Shown here in pieces: positions 38,216-47,664 of a stretch of 64,000 bases of DNA (position 1 is the stretch's first letter; each line of letters opens with the position of its first letter). The stretch is from an uncultured Salinisphaerales bacterium (GTDB lineage: Bacteria > Pseudomonadota > Gammaproteobacteria > Nevskiales > CAJXLF01): positions 35,034-99,033 of the forward strand of contig CAJXLF010000012.1 of NCBI GenBank assembly GCA_913055805.1. The letters run 5' to 3'. A program made the position numbers and the translations under genes. Under the pieces are notes generated by a model. It did not search any database and was not told where the DNA came from. It was given only the letters and a program-made list of their open reading frames with translations.

Positions 38216-39943
38216 TCAAGCCGCGTTGGAAATCGGTTCCCCGTTGCTCTGGTTTTTCTCAGCAATATCCTGCGCAGCCAGATAGGCGTAGACCATGGCC
38301 GGCCCCAGGGTGGAACCCGCGCCCGGATAACTGCGGCCCATGACGGCGGATGAACAGTTGCCCACGGCATAGAGGCCCGGGATCACGCTGCCGTCTTCGC
38401 GGCGTACGCGGGCACGTTCGTCGGCATCAAGACCGCCGTTGGTGCCGATTTCACCGGGAAACAGCTTCACTGCATAAAACGGCGCCTTTTCAATCGGCCC
38501 CAGGCAGGGATTGGGTTTGACGTTGGAATCGCCGTAATAGCGATCGAATTCGTTATCACCCTTGCCGAAGTCCTCGTCCACCCCGGTTTCGGCAAAGCGG
38601 TTGTTGCGCGCCACGGTCTCTTTCAAGCCTTCGGCGTCCACGCCGATCTGCTGCGCCAGCTCGTCCAGGGTGTCGGCCTTGTAATAGATAACATTGCGCC
38701 ATTCGGGCGGTAGTTTGCTGTCCGGCTGCAGCATGCCGGGCAGCACCGGACCCATCGGGTAATTCTTGCGGTACACCGCGTCGGCAACGAACCAGCTCGG
38801 CACTGCCCCGCCGGTTTCCTGCTGATTCTTGAGCATGGCGTAGACGACCGCGGTATAGGCGCCGGCTTCGTTGCAGTAACGCTTGCCCTGGCTGTTCACC
38901 ATCACGGCCCGGGGTAGAGCCCGTTCCACAAACAATGCCGTGGCCGGATTGCCTACCGGCGAGATGATGCTGGGCGCGCCCCACACACGGTCCATGCCCT
39001 TGACCGCGCCGCCGACCTTGATGCCCGCGTTGATGCCATCGCCATGGTTACAGCCCGGCGCAGCACTCCACTCGGCCTTGGTCGGTTTGGCCAGATACTT
39101 TTCACGCATTTCCTGGTTCGCTTCGAAGCCTCCCGAAGCGAGTATGACCGCCCGGCGGGCATGGATGCGTATGGTCTTGCCGCCACGATTGGCCACCACA
39201 CCCACAATGCGTCCGTTTTCCTCGATCAGGTCTTCCAAACCAGTATTCAGCCACAAGGGAAGCTTGTTGTTGAGCATGGCCCAACGCAGCCAGCCAACCA
39301 GGCCCTGGCCCAGTTTCAGGCGCCGGTCGCGGGTGGTCTTTAAACGCCATGGCCAGTCGAACCAGTAACCCAGCATGAGTTTCAGGAACATCCACATCCA
39401 GCCTTTTTCCTTGGCCAGCAGGGTATGCGCTTCGGCCTGCCCCATGGTCAGTCGGTTCATGATCAGGGTGCCGGGATAGGGTTGGCGCTGGTTGGCCAGT
39501 TCGTCCCCCAGATTGGCGGCGTCGAATACTGCCGGCTCCAGCGAACGATGCGTCGCCTTGGCGCCCGGCGTATGCATGAAGTAGTCGGGATAACGCACCA
39601 CCAGATCGAACTTCACCCCGAACTGATCTTCCATGTATTTGACCATGGCGGGACCGTTATCCAGGTAGGCGTCCAGACGCGCCGCTTCGGTCTCGTTGCC
39701 GACCAGCGCATGCACATAACGGCGGGCCTCTTCCAGATCGTCGCTACCCCCCTTGGGGCCGACCTGGTGATTGCAGGGAATCCAGATACCGCCACCCGAT
39801 ACCGCACTGGTACCACCGTAGACCTTGTCTTTTTCGATCACCAGCGCAGACAGCCCTTTGCCGTGACTGCACAGCGCAGCCGTCATGCCGCCTGCACCCG
39901 ATCCTACGACGACAACGTCGTATTCGGCGTCCCAATTACTCAT
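38216..39943 (-). CDS. kstD: 3-ketosteroid Delta1-dehydrogenase (KstD/TesH)
   Basis: VVGSGAGG, GGTSAVSGGGIWIP, YPDY, DRYYGD..VKPNPCL, GTNGG, SYPGAGSTLG. Confidence 0.85.
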   Translation of the reverse strand: MSNWDAEYDVVVVGSGAGGMTAALCSHGKGLSALVIEKDKVYGGTSAVSGGGIWIPCNHQVGPKGGSDDLEEARRYVHALVGNETEAARLDAYLDNGPAMVKYMEDQFGVKFDLVVRYPDYFMHTPGAKATHRSLEPAVFDAANLGDELANQRQPYPGTLIMNRLTMGQAEAHTLLAKEKGWMWMFLKLMLGYWFDWPWRLKTTRDRRLKLGQGLVGWLRWAMLNNKLPLWLNTGLEDLIEENGRIVGVVANRGGKTIRIHARRAVILASGGFEANQEMREKYLAKPTKAEWSAAPGCNHGDGINAGIKVGGAVKGMDRVWGAPSIISPVGNPATALFVERALPRAVMVNSQGKRYCNEAGAYTAVVYAMLKNQQETGGAVPSWFVADAVYRKNYPMGPVLPGMLQPDSKLPPEWRNVIYYKADTLDELAQQIGVDAEGLKETVARNNRFAETGVDEDFGKGDNEFDRYYGDSNVKPNPCLGPIEKAPFYAVKLFPGEIGTNGGLDADERARVRREDGSVIPGLYAVGNCSSAVMGRSYPGAGSTLGPAMVYAYLAAQDIAEKNQSNGEPISNAA

Positions 39944-39963
39944 GTCTCTTCCCTGAGTGCCGC

Positions 39964-41163
39964 TTAAATAAAGTAGTCGGCGTTTTCAGCACCCAGTGAA
40001 ACCGCACCGTAGTTACGGGCGAACTGGTCCGGATTATTGGCGTAGTGACCACGCGCCGCCTGGATATCGTTGAGGTAACGGTAATAAGGCAGGGTGGTGA
40101 AAATGCCCTGGCCGCCGGTGGAGGAGAACAACTTCCAGGCACTCTGGGCGCACCGCTCAACCACCTGGGACGCCTGGTTACGGAAATGCAGGCGCTGTTC
40201 GATGTCGTCCAGCGGCTGGCCAGCGCGAATCTTGCCCATCAGCACATCGAAGTTGCGGTTCAGAATGGTCATCAACTCGTCAACCGTATTACGCGCATCC
40301 GCCACCGCCAGCTGCGCCAGCGGGTTGTCCGAGGTCTTGGCGCCCATGCTGCCGACCTGCGCACGGCCGAAGCCGACGAACTCATTGAGCATGCCTTCCA
40401 GCGCGCCAATGGCGGCGGTGGACACGGCGCGCACGAATATCTGGCCGAACGGCAGCTTGTAGAGATCGGAGGTAAAGGTGTCACGGCCCGGGTTGGTACC
40501 CATGAAACCGTCGGAGGCCTTGTGCGTGCGGTATTCCGGCACGAAGGCGTCCTTGACGACCACATCATTACTGCCGGTGCCCTTCAGGCCCATGACATGC
40601 CAGGTGTCCACCACCTCGAAGTCTTCACGCGGCACCAGAAAGGTCCGGTATTCCGGTGGCTCGCCCTCGGCGCCGAAGATCAGCCCGCCCAGGAACACCC
40701 AGTCGCAGTGATCGATACCACTGGAGAACGCCCAGCGGCCGGAGAACTTGAAGCCACCCTCTACCGGGGTGACCTGGCCCTTGGGCATGTAGGTGGAGGC
40801 GATCAGCACGTCGTTGCGGTCTTTCCAGACATCGGCGGCAGCTTGCGGATCAAACAGGGCAATCTGCCAGTTATGCACGCCGATCACGCCATAAATCCAG
40901 GCGGTAGACATGCAGCCCTGAGCCAGCGTGGAGACAATGGCGTAGAACACCTGCGGGTCCATTTCATAGCCGCCGTACTGCCTGGGCTTGAGCACCTCAA
41001 AGAAGCCCGCTGCCTGCATATCGGCCACGGTTTCATCGGGCACCTTGCGGTCGGCTTCGCACTGCTTCGCGCGTTCTTTGAGCACAGGCACCATATCGCG
41101 GGCGCGCTGGATGAGAATTTCGGGGGTCACGGCTTCGGACACGGCTTCACTCCGGACTGACAT
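39964..41163 (-). CDS. hsaA: 3-HSA monooxygenase oxygenase subunit (HsaA)
   Basis: CMSTAWIYGVIGVHNWQIALF, GRWAFSSGIDHCDW, WHVMGLKGTGS, LPFGQIFVRAVS. Confidence 0.85.
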   Translation of the reverse strand: MSVRSEAVSEAVTPEILIQRARDMVPVLKERAKQCEADRKVPDETVADMQAAGFFEVLKPRQYGGYEMDPQVFYAIVSTLAQGCMSTAWIYGVIGVHNWQIALFDPQAAADVWKDRNDVLIASTYMPKGQVTPVEGGFKFSGRWAFSSGIDHCDWVFLGGLIFGAEGEPPEYRTFLVPREDFEVVDTWHVMGLKGTGSNDVVVKDAFVPEYRTHKASDGFMGTNPGRDTFTSDLYKLPFGQIFVRAVSTAAIGALEGMLNEFVGFGRAQVGSMGAKTSDNPLAQLAVADARNTVDELMTILNRNFDVLMGKIRAGQPLDDIEQRLHFRNQASQVVERCAQSAWKLFSSTGGQGIFTTLPYYRYLNDIQAARGHYANNPDQFARNYGAVSLGAENADYFI

Positions 41164-41256
41164 TGGGTTTCCCTCTTATTTACGTGCACCGCGAATAGAT
41201 GGATGCACTTATGAATTGGAACGCTGGTCAGTTTCCATGGGCTTGGAAAGGGTCGC

Positions 41257-41274
41257 TTCGTCCAAAATGACTAG
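41257..41274. promoter_or_regulatory. Operator-like TTCGTC-N6-GACTAG in the hsaA divergent region
   Basis: ttcgtc caaaat gactag; same motif as 8361-8378. Confidence 0.5.
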
Positions 41275-41428
41275 CTAGTCATTTACCCCTCATGGCGCCA
41301 CGCGAAGCACATTTCGCTTTCTACGCTGAATTGGTGAGTTTTGCGGCCGGCTTTTTCCGTAGTATCCGGTGAATTCATTCTGAAATAGCCGTATCAGCGG
41401 CATTCATAGTCATTGCAGGAGGGGGGAG

Positions 41429-42244
41429 ATGATTCTGTTTCCCGAATTTCATGACCGCTATGGCCCCTGGGCCGTGGTGGCCGGCGCCTCGGAAGGTATC
41501 GGCCAGGCGTATACCCATATTCTGGCCGAACGTGGCATCAATGTGGTGACGCTGGCGCGCCGCATCGAGCCGCTGGAAAAAGACGCCGAACTCATTCGCC
41601 GCCGTCACCGCGTCGAGGTCAAACCGGTTTCCATGGATCTGGCCGCCCCTGACCTGGCAGAGCAGTTCAGTGCTGCCATCGACGGGCTCGACGTGGGCCT
41701 GTGCATATACAACGCCTGCTACTCCGCCATTGGCGAATTCAAGGACACCGCGCTGGATCAATACCAGAAAACCCTGGATGTAAACTGCCGCGGCCCGGTG
41801 ACGCTGGCCAATGTCATGACACCCCGGCTGGTCGAGCGCGGCAAGGGCGGGTTGATCATCATGTCCAGCATGGCCGGTTTTCAGGGTTCGGCCATGGTCG
41901 GTGTCTATGCCGCCACCAAGGCCTTCGACACCATCCTGGCCGAAAGCCTGTGGGCCGAACTGCAGCCGCTGGGCATAGACGTTCTTGGCTGCATTGCCGG
42001 TGCCACCGAAACCCCCGACTTCCTGCGCAAGACACCGGCCGACAAGAAAGACAAGGCTTTCCCAATGCGGCCCGAAGCGGTCGCCCGCGAAGGCATCGAA
42101 CACCTCGGCAAGGGCCCGCTGCATATCTGCGGCCGCATGAACCGCAGCGTGAATGCCGTCACCCGAATCATGAGTCACAAGCAGCGCACCAAATTCTTCA
42201 GTGGCGCCACCCGTGACATTTACGAATCTGCAACGGAGGCATGA
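41429..42244 (+). CDS. SDR (17beta-HSD-like subgroup)
   Basis: YGPWAVVAGASEGIG, YNA, SSMAG, YAATK. Confidence 0.85.
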   Translation: MILFPEFHDRYGPWAVVAGASEGIGQAYTHILAERGINVVTLARRIEPLEKDAELIRRRHRVEVKPVSMDLAAPDLAEQFSAAIDGLDVGLCIYNACYSAIGEFKDTALDQYQKTLDVNCRGPVTLANVMTPRLVERGKGGLIIMSSMAGFQGSAMVGVYAATKAFDTILAESLWAELQPLGIDVLGCIAGATETPDFLRKTPADKKDKAFPMRPEAVAREGIEHLGKGPLHICGRMNRSVNAVTRIMSHKQRTKFFSGATRDIYESATEA

Positions 42245-43350
42245 GGCCCGGCATGAGCAAGGACATCAAACCCGCACCCGCATTCACGCCCGAACAAATC
42301 GGCCAACATTGCCTGGTGACCGGCGGCGCCGGTTACCTGGGATCGCATATCGTGCGCCGCCTGGTGGCTGCGGGCTGCAAGGTGCGCAGCCTGGACGTGA
42401 TCAAGCACCAGCACGAAGGTGACGTGGAATGCGTGGTCGGCGACCTGCGCGATTACGACGCCGTACGCGCCGCCTGCGAAGGCATCGACACCGTGTTTCA
42501 TTCCGCCGCCATCATCAACATCCAGGAAATCGTGCGGCCGTCGGTGCGTCGTTTCGTGCATGACGTGAACGTGGTCGGCACCCAGAACATCGTCCGCGCG
42601 GCGACTCAAGCCGGCGTGAAAGCGTTCGTGCAGACCAGCACCTTCAGCGTTGTTCTCGACAGAGTTCTGGAAGACAAGGACGAGTCCCTGCCCTACGCCA
42701 CGCGCACCAAGGATCTCTATGCCACCACCAAGATCCAGGCCGAAAAGGCGGTGCTGGCTGCCGACACCGAAGGCGGCATGCGCAGCTGCTCCATGCGGCC
42801 CGGCGGGCTGTGGGGCGGCGACACCAGTTGCATCATGATCCGCAGCATTCTCGAACAGATCGCCAAGGGCAACTTCAAGGTGCTCATCGGCGACGGCAAG
42901 GCCACCATGGACAACACCCATGTCGAAAACCTGGTGGATGCTCACCTGCTGGGCGCCAAGGCCCTGCGCGAAACGCCGGACACCGTCGGTGGTCAGGCCT
43001 ATTTCATCTTCGACGACGAACACTACAACGCTCTGGAATGGTTCCGCCCGCTGGTCGAAGGCCTGGGCGAAAAATTCCCCACCTTCCGCCTGCCCGGCGG
43101 CATGATGCGGGAAGTCGCCCGTCTGCTGGAAATCATCAACTACCTGGGTGGTCCTGAACCCACACTGACCAAGCGCGGCATCCGCAACATGATCGAAAGC
43201 TCCAGCTTCCGTATCGACAAGGCGCGCCGCGACCTGGGTTATGAGCCGCGCTACAACCGCGAAAACGGCATTCCCGAACTGCTGCCGCTGGCACGCGCCT
43301 TCGTGGACCGGCTTCGCAATCAGCCGAACGGCAGTCAACAGCACGCCTGA
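42241..43350 (+). CDS. 3beta-hydroxysteroid dehydrogenase/isomerase family
   Basis: TGGAGYLG, VFHSAA, YATTK, MRPGGLWG, DNTHVENL, GQAYFI. Confidence 0.8.
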   Translation: MRPGMSKDIKPAPAFTPEQIGQHCLVTGGAGYLGSHIVRRLVAAGCKVRSLDVIKHQHEGDVECVVGDLRDYDAVRAACEGIDTVFHSAAIINIQEIVRPSVRRFVHDVNVVGTQNIVRAATQAGVKAFVQTSTFSVVLDRVLEDKDESLPYATRTKDLYATTKIQAEKAVLAADTEGGMRSCSMRPGGLWGGDTSCIMIRSILEQIAKGNFKVLIGDGKATMDNTHVENLVDAHLLGAKALRETPDTVGGQAYFIFDDEHYNALEWFRPLVEGLGEKFPTFRLPGGMMREVARLLEIINYLGGPEPTLTKRGIRNMIESSSFRIDKARRDLGYEPRYNRENGIPELLPLARAFVDRLRNQPNGSQQHA

Positions 43351-43364
43351 ACGGATAACGTCGC

Positions 43365-44099
43365 ATGAACAAGGTCATTTATCTGCTCTGGGATCGCAAG
43401 GAAACCAACCCGTCGCAGCGGCGAAAAACCCTGCTGGACGAATGTGTTCCCCGGCTGCTGGATACCGGCGTTGCCGGTCTGCAGGTCAATATCTGCGATG
43501 AACTGGCCACCACGCCCTCGCCCGCACCCAAGCCCCTGTTCTCCGAGCCCTTCACCGCCCAGGTCAACCTGTGGCTGGAGGATGAGGCACCGCGGCAGGC
43601 CTGCGAGGATATCCTGCGCCAGGCCGGCTTCGAACTGGCCGGCTATCGCGTGGATGAATGGCTGTATTCCGACTACGGTGACAACCCGCATGCAGCGCCA
43701 CGTGACTGGGCCGACGGCGAACGCAGCCCCGGCATCCTGGCGGTGACCCTGCTGCGCAAACCCAAACGCGTACCCAAACACAAGTGGATGCAGCGCTGGT
43801 TCGGACATCAATCGCCCATGAGCGAGTGGATGCAGCCGCGTACACGTTATGTACGGCATGTCGTTGAAGACAGCATCACCTCGGGCGCGGAACCGCTGGA
43901 TGGCATCGTGGAGGAGGACTGGCCCTCGGGCGAGCATGTCACCAACGGCCTGCTGTTCTATGGCGCGAAAAACCGCTGGCAGCTGATCGTGAACATGGTC
44001 ATCATGCTGCGGTCCGTGACAGGCATTCTGAATTTGTGGAACATCACGACAGTCATGATGAGCGAATACTTCATCAAGACTCCGAAAACCACATCCTAG
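43365..44099 (+). CDS. EthD-like dimeric alpha/beta-barrel protein
   Basis: LLRKP..W..HQSP..YVRHVV..DGIVEEDW pattern. Confidence 0.55.
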   Translation: MNKVIYLLWDRKETNPSQRRKTLLDECVPRLLDTGVAGLQVNICDELATTPSPAPKPLFSEPFTAQVNLWLEDEAPRQACEDILRQAGFELAGYRVDEWLYSDYGDNPHAAPRDWADGERSPGILAVTLLRKPKRVPKHKWMQRWFGHQSPMSEWMQPRTRYVRHVVEDSITSGAEPLDGIVEEDWPSGEHVTNGLLFYGAKNRWQLIVNMVIMLRSVTGILNLWNITTVMMSEYFIKTPKTTS

Positions 44100-44109
44100 G
44101 AATCCTTCC

Positions 44110-45045
44110 ATGGCCGCCAAATGGACTGCTGCAGACATCCCTGACCTCGATGGCAAGATCGCCATTGTGACCGGGGCCAACAGCGGCATCGGTTTTGAAA
44201 CCGCGGCCGAGCTGGCCGGCCACGGCGCTACCGTGATCATGGCCTGCCGCAATCCGGACAAGGCCAACCAGGCCGCCGACCGCATCCGCGAACGTCGACC
44301 CCGTGGCGATCTTCAGGTCATGCAACTGGACGTCTCCGACCTCGACTCGGTGCGCAGCTTCGCCCAGGCCTTCACTTCGCGCTTTGTGCAGCTGGACATC
44401 CTGTGCAACAACGCCGGCATCATGGGCGGTCCGCAGATCAGCCGCACGAAGCAGGGTTTCGAGTTGATGTTCGGCACCAACCACCTGGGCCATTTTGCAC
44501 TTACCGGACAGTTGCTGGACGCGCTCAAGGTTTCGCCGGGCGCACGTGTCATCTCGGTGACCAGCATGGCTCATCGCAATATCAAGGGCCTGAATCTGGA
44601 TGACCCGAATTTCGAGCATACGCCCTACAGGATTTTCGACGCCTATGCCAAGAGCAAGCTGGCCAATCTTACCTTCAATCTGGAGCTGAACAGGCGCCTG
44701 AAAGCTGCGGGCCTGGATATCTGTGCGGCTGCCGCGCACCCCGGCTATACGGCCACCAATATCACCACTGGCGCCAACCCCGAGGGCAACAAGCTGAAGG
44801 CCTTCGCCGTCTGGCTCGGCGACATACTGATTGCCATGCCGGCGCACAAGGGCGCCCTGCCCACGTTGTACGCCGCCACAGCACCGGACATCGAAGGGGG
44901 TGAATACATCGGCCCCAACGGCCCCTTCCAGTTCGCCGGCCCTCCGGCCAGGGTGAAATACAAGGAAACCGCCGCCGACCCGCAAGCAGGCCGGCGGCTA
45001 TGGGAAATTTCAGAAAAACTGACAGGCGTGAAGTATCTGTCCTAA
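44110..45045 (+). CDS. SDR oxidoreductase (RDH/WWOX-like)
   Basis: TGANSGIG, NNAGIM, GTNHLGHF, YAKSKLAN, HPG. Confidence 0.9.
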   Translation: MAAKWTAADIPDLDGKIAIVTGANSGIGFETAAELAGHGATVIMACRNPDKANQAADRIRERRPRGDLQVMQLDVSDLDSVRSFAQAFTSRFVQLDILCNNAGIMGGPQISRTKQGFELMFGTNHLGHFALTGQLLDALKVSPGARVISVTSMAHRNIKGLNLDDPNFEHTPYRIFDAYAKSKLANLTFNLELNRRLKAAGLDICAAAAHPGYTATNITTGANPEGNKLKAFAVWLGDILIAMPAHKGALPTLYAATAPDIEGGEYIGPNGPFQFAGPPARVKYKETAADPQAGRRLWEISEKLTGVKYLS

Positions 45046-45075
45046 GTGCGGGAATACCGTCATTCGGAGTAGACA

Positions 45076-46437
45076 ATGAAAACAAGGTTCGTCACCCAAG
45101 CCTTATTCGGACTCGGACTAGCCATGCCCATCACGGTCATGGCCGCCGGCGATGCTGCCCAGCTGGGCGGCGACAAACTCACCTGCATGGGCGCCGAACG
45201 CGCCGGCAGCGCCAGCGGCGTGGCCGAATACACCGGCCAGTGGTACAAGACCTGGCCCGGCCAGAGCAAACCGCATGGCTATGAGCCCGGCCCCTACGCG
45301 GATGAAAAGCCGTTGTTTGTCATTACGGCCAGCAATTACAAGGAATACGGCGACAAACTGACCGAAGGTCAGAAGGCCATGTTCATCAAGTTCCCGGACA
45401 CCTTCAAGATGCCGGTCTACCCCAGTCATCGCGACTTCAAATTCGTCGACTGGACCTGCGACGTGGTGAAGAAGAACGTTGCCCAGGCCGAGATTGTAGA
45501 CGATGGCCTGGGCCTGAAAGGCATCAGCGGCGCACATCCCTTCGCCTTCCCGGAGACTGGCCTGGAAGCCATCTGGAACGTGATCAAGCCACATCGCGCC
45601 TGGACCGAAAAAGTCACCTATGACACTGCTGACGTCTACGAAAACGGCACCATTGCCTGGGGCAAGGCCGACTTCAAGACCATGAACCCCGGCAACCACC
45701 CCGACCCGGACAACCGGCCCGGACTGGATTCGCTGGTGGACGGCTACTTCTTCGTCAAGACCCTGCTGCCGGCCCGCTCCAACGGCGAGGTCTCGGTGGG
45801 TTTCCAGCCCAACAACTACACCAGCAACGCCACCCAGGCCTGGCAGTACAACCCCGGCATCCGCCGCGTACGCAAGGCGCCCGAAGTCGGTTTCGACTAC
45901 CCGGTCCCGCCCGGCGGCCTGCGTACCGTGGATGACGACTACATCTACAACGGTTCACCCGAGCGTTATACCTGGAAACTGGTGGGCAAGAAGGAAATCT
46001 ACGTTCCCTACCACAACTTCAAGATCAACGATCCCTCGGTCAGCTACAAGGAACTGGTCACACCCAACACCATCAACCCTGATTACATGCGTTACGAGTT
46101 ACATCGTGTATGGGTGATCGAGGGTTATCTGAAAGACGGCGTGCGTCATATCTACAAGAAACGCCGCATCTATGCCGATGAGGACACCTGGCTGGCGATT
46201 ACCTCGGAAAGCTACGACAACCAGGACGTGCTCTGGCGTGTAAACTGGGTGGCCTATTTCTACTCCCAGGAATCCGGCACTTTCCACCGCGGTGTGTCGC
46301 TGTATCACAACCTGACCTCGGGCGCCTATGAAGCCACCTACCTGGTGAACGAGGCCGGCGAAAACTGGTGGCGCATCAACCAGCCCATGCAGAAAGCGGA
46401 GTTCAGTCCACAGGCCGCGGCACGGGCCGGTCAGTAG
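45076..46437 (+). CDS. DUF1329 periplasmic protein
   Basis: Signal peptide; LTCMGAERAG, VYPSHR, WQYNPGIRRVRKAP, RYELHRVWVIEG, DEDTW. Confidence 0.9.
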   Translation: MKTRFVTQALFGLGLAMPITVMAAGDAAQLGGDKLTCMGAERAGSASGVAEYTGQWYKTWPGQSKPHGYEPGPYADEKPLFVITASNYKEYGDKLTEGQKAMFIKFPDTFKMPVYPSHRDFKFVDWTCDVVKKNVAQAEIVDDGLGLKGISGAHPFAFPETGLEAIWNVIKPHRAWTEKVTYDTADVYENGTIAWGKADFKTMNPGNHPDPDNRPGLDSLVDGYFFVKTLLPARSNGEVSVGFQPNNYTSNATQAWQYNPGIRRVRKAPEVGFDYPVPPGGLRTVDDDYIYNGSPERYTWKLVGKKEIYVPYHNFKINDPSVSYKELVTPNTINPDYMRYELHRVWVIEGYLKDGVRHIYKKRRIYADEDTWLAITSESYDNQDVLWRVNWVAYFYSQESGTFHRGVSLYHNLTSGAYEATYLVNEAGENWWRINQPMQKAEFSPQAAARAGQ

Positions 46438-46450
46438 AGCGGCTTTCCAA

Positions 46451-46483
46451 AAAACAAAAAGCCCTTCGATTGAAGGGCTTTTT
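46451..46483. terminator. Bidirectional terminator, left copy of a 33-bp direct repeat
   Basis: aaaacaaaaagcccttcgattgaagggcttttt, identical to 51859-51891. Confidence 0.9.
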
Positions 46484-46827
46484 GCTTGCTTTGGCAGTAT
46501 CTAACACTTGCACATTAAGCGCCGTTAAATACTAACCCACAGCTGCCCTATCGGCAGTAGCAGGTTTTCGTGCGAACGAAGCCTTCGCCTTCCTGAGCAA
46601 AAGTCTACCCGAGAACAACAGAACCGCTCTAAGATTCCCTAGTACGAAAAAATTACGTGCCGACATATCTTGGACCGCATATAAAACATCACAACCACGC
46701 CAACAGTACCTCGAACCCTACTTGTAACGAGCGATCACCACGTTGCTCACAGCCGAGCAGAGACTGTTGAAGGCCACCGCTTATGCGTATTGACGAAACC
46801 GTGATCCCTGGAAACGTGACATTGTAA

Positions 46828-46904
46828 GAGTAGAACGAAGTTCTACTCGGCAAATCATTATTATCGAGTATTTACTCGATTGTTTATTAGTTATCGAGTA
46901 AATA
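46828..46904. promoter_or_regulatory. Array of (C)GAGTA/TACTC(G) inverted repeats, probable operators of the LexA-like repressor
   Basis: gagtagaac-gaa-gttctactc (46828-46848); atcgagta-tt-tactcgat (46863-46880); tatttactcgat-N12-atcgagtaaata (46869-46904). Confidence 0.65.
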
Positions 46905-46921
46905 TATTATAGTATGCAGTT

Positions 46922-47500
46922 ATGAGAAATAGAGATACGGCCTACCTCAATCTATTGCGAGACTATTACGCCAAGCACGGCGTTTTCCCGTCGTTCTCGG
47001 GCATCGCCACGCTGGTTGGCTTGAACACAACTTCAGCGGTGTCGGCCATGGTGGGAAGACTCAAAGAAGCCGGGTTTGTGGCTTCTACATCTGACAAGCG
47101 CCTGCAGCCTGGCTCTCGCTTCTTCGAGCGCAATCAGGTGGATATGGCGGTGCGAGCTGGCATACCTGAGGGTGCACAGGACGTTTCAAGTGATCCAGTT
47201 GTAATCGATCGATTGTTGATTGACGAACCATCCAGGACAGTGCTTATACCGGTCAAGGGTGAATCTATGCGCGACGCCGGCCTATTGGACGGCGATACCG
47301 TCGTAGTCAAACGCGGCGCTCCCACAAAGACAGGCGACATCGTGGTGGCCATGGTTGATGGCGAATTCACCGTGAAGTATCTTGCAAACGACGGTACGAA
47401 TTACTACCTGAAGCCTGGCAATGAATTGTTTGACGACATTCGCCCTAGCAAAGAGCTGGAACTTTTTGGGCGAGTAACCGGCTGTGTCAGGAAGTACTGA
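46922..47500 (+). CDS. LexA-like repressor (wHTH + S24 autopeptidase)
   Basis: FPSFSGIA..VGL..TSAV HTH; Ala-Gly site VRAG; catalytic Ser in GESM and Lys in FTVK. Confidence 0.9.
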   Translation: MRNRDTAYLNLLRDYYAKHGVFPSFSGIATLVGLNTTSAVSAMVGRLKEAGFVASTSDKRLQPGSRFFERNQVDMAVRAGIPEGAQDVSSDPVVIDRLLIDEPSRTVLIPVKGESMRDAGLLDGDTVVVKRGAPTKTGDIVVAMVDGEFTVKYLANDGTNYYLKPGNELFDDIRPSKELELFGRVTGCVRKY

Positions 47501-47664
47501 ATGATAACTGTACCCCTTGCATTCGAGTGTCGCTTCGCGCCGAAGTTAGGCGAGGGCAACATCCGCACATTTACAGTGAACACCCGTAACCAAAGGGTCA
47601 AGGGGCTAGGAGACATGGGTTATTTTCGGGATAACATCCGCATCTGCAAAGCAGGACTGAGCAC

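Noticed and set aside
40045-41160. Long antisense ORFs (also 7320-8264, 22668-23807, 25513-26649, 27991-29346, 42220-43344, 56942-58195, 62174-63139)
   Set aside because: They are in-register shadows of well-supported genes in high-GC DNA and contain no recognisable motifs.
46922-47500. Calling this the host's chromosomal lexA or umuD
   Set aside because: It lies in a lower-GC islet, has no adjacent umuC/imuABC, and has no CTGT-N8-ACAG box upstream. Treated as an island-specific LexA-like repressor.
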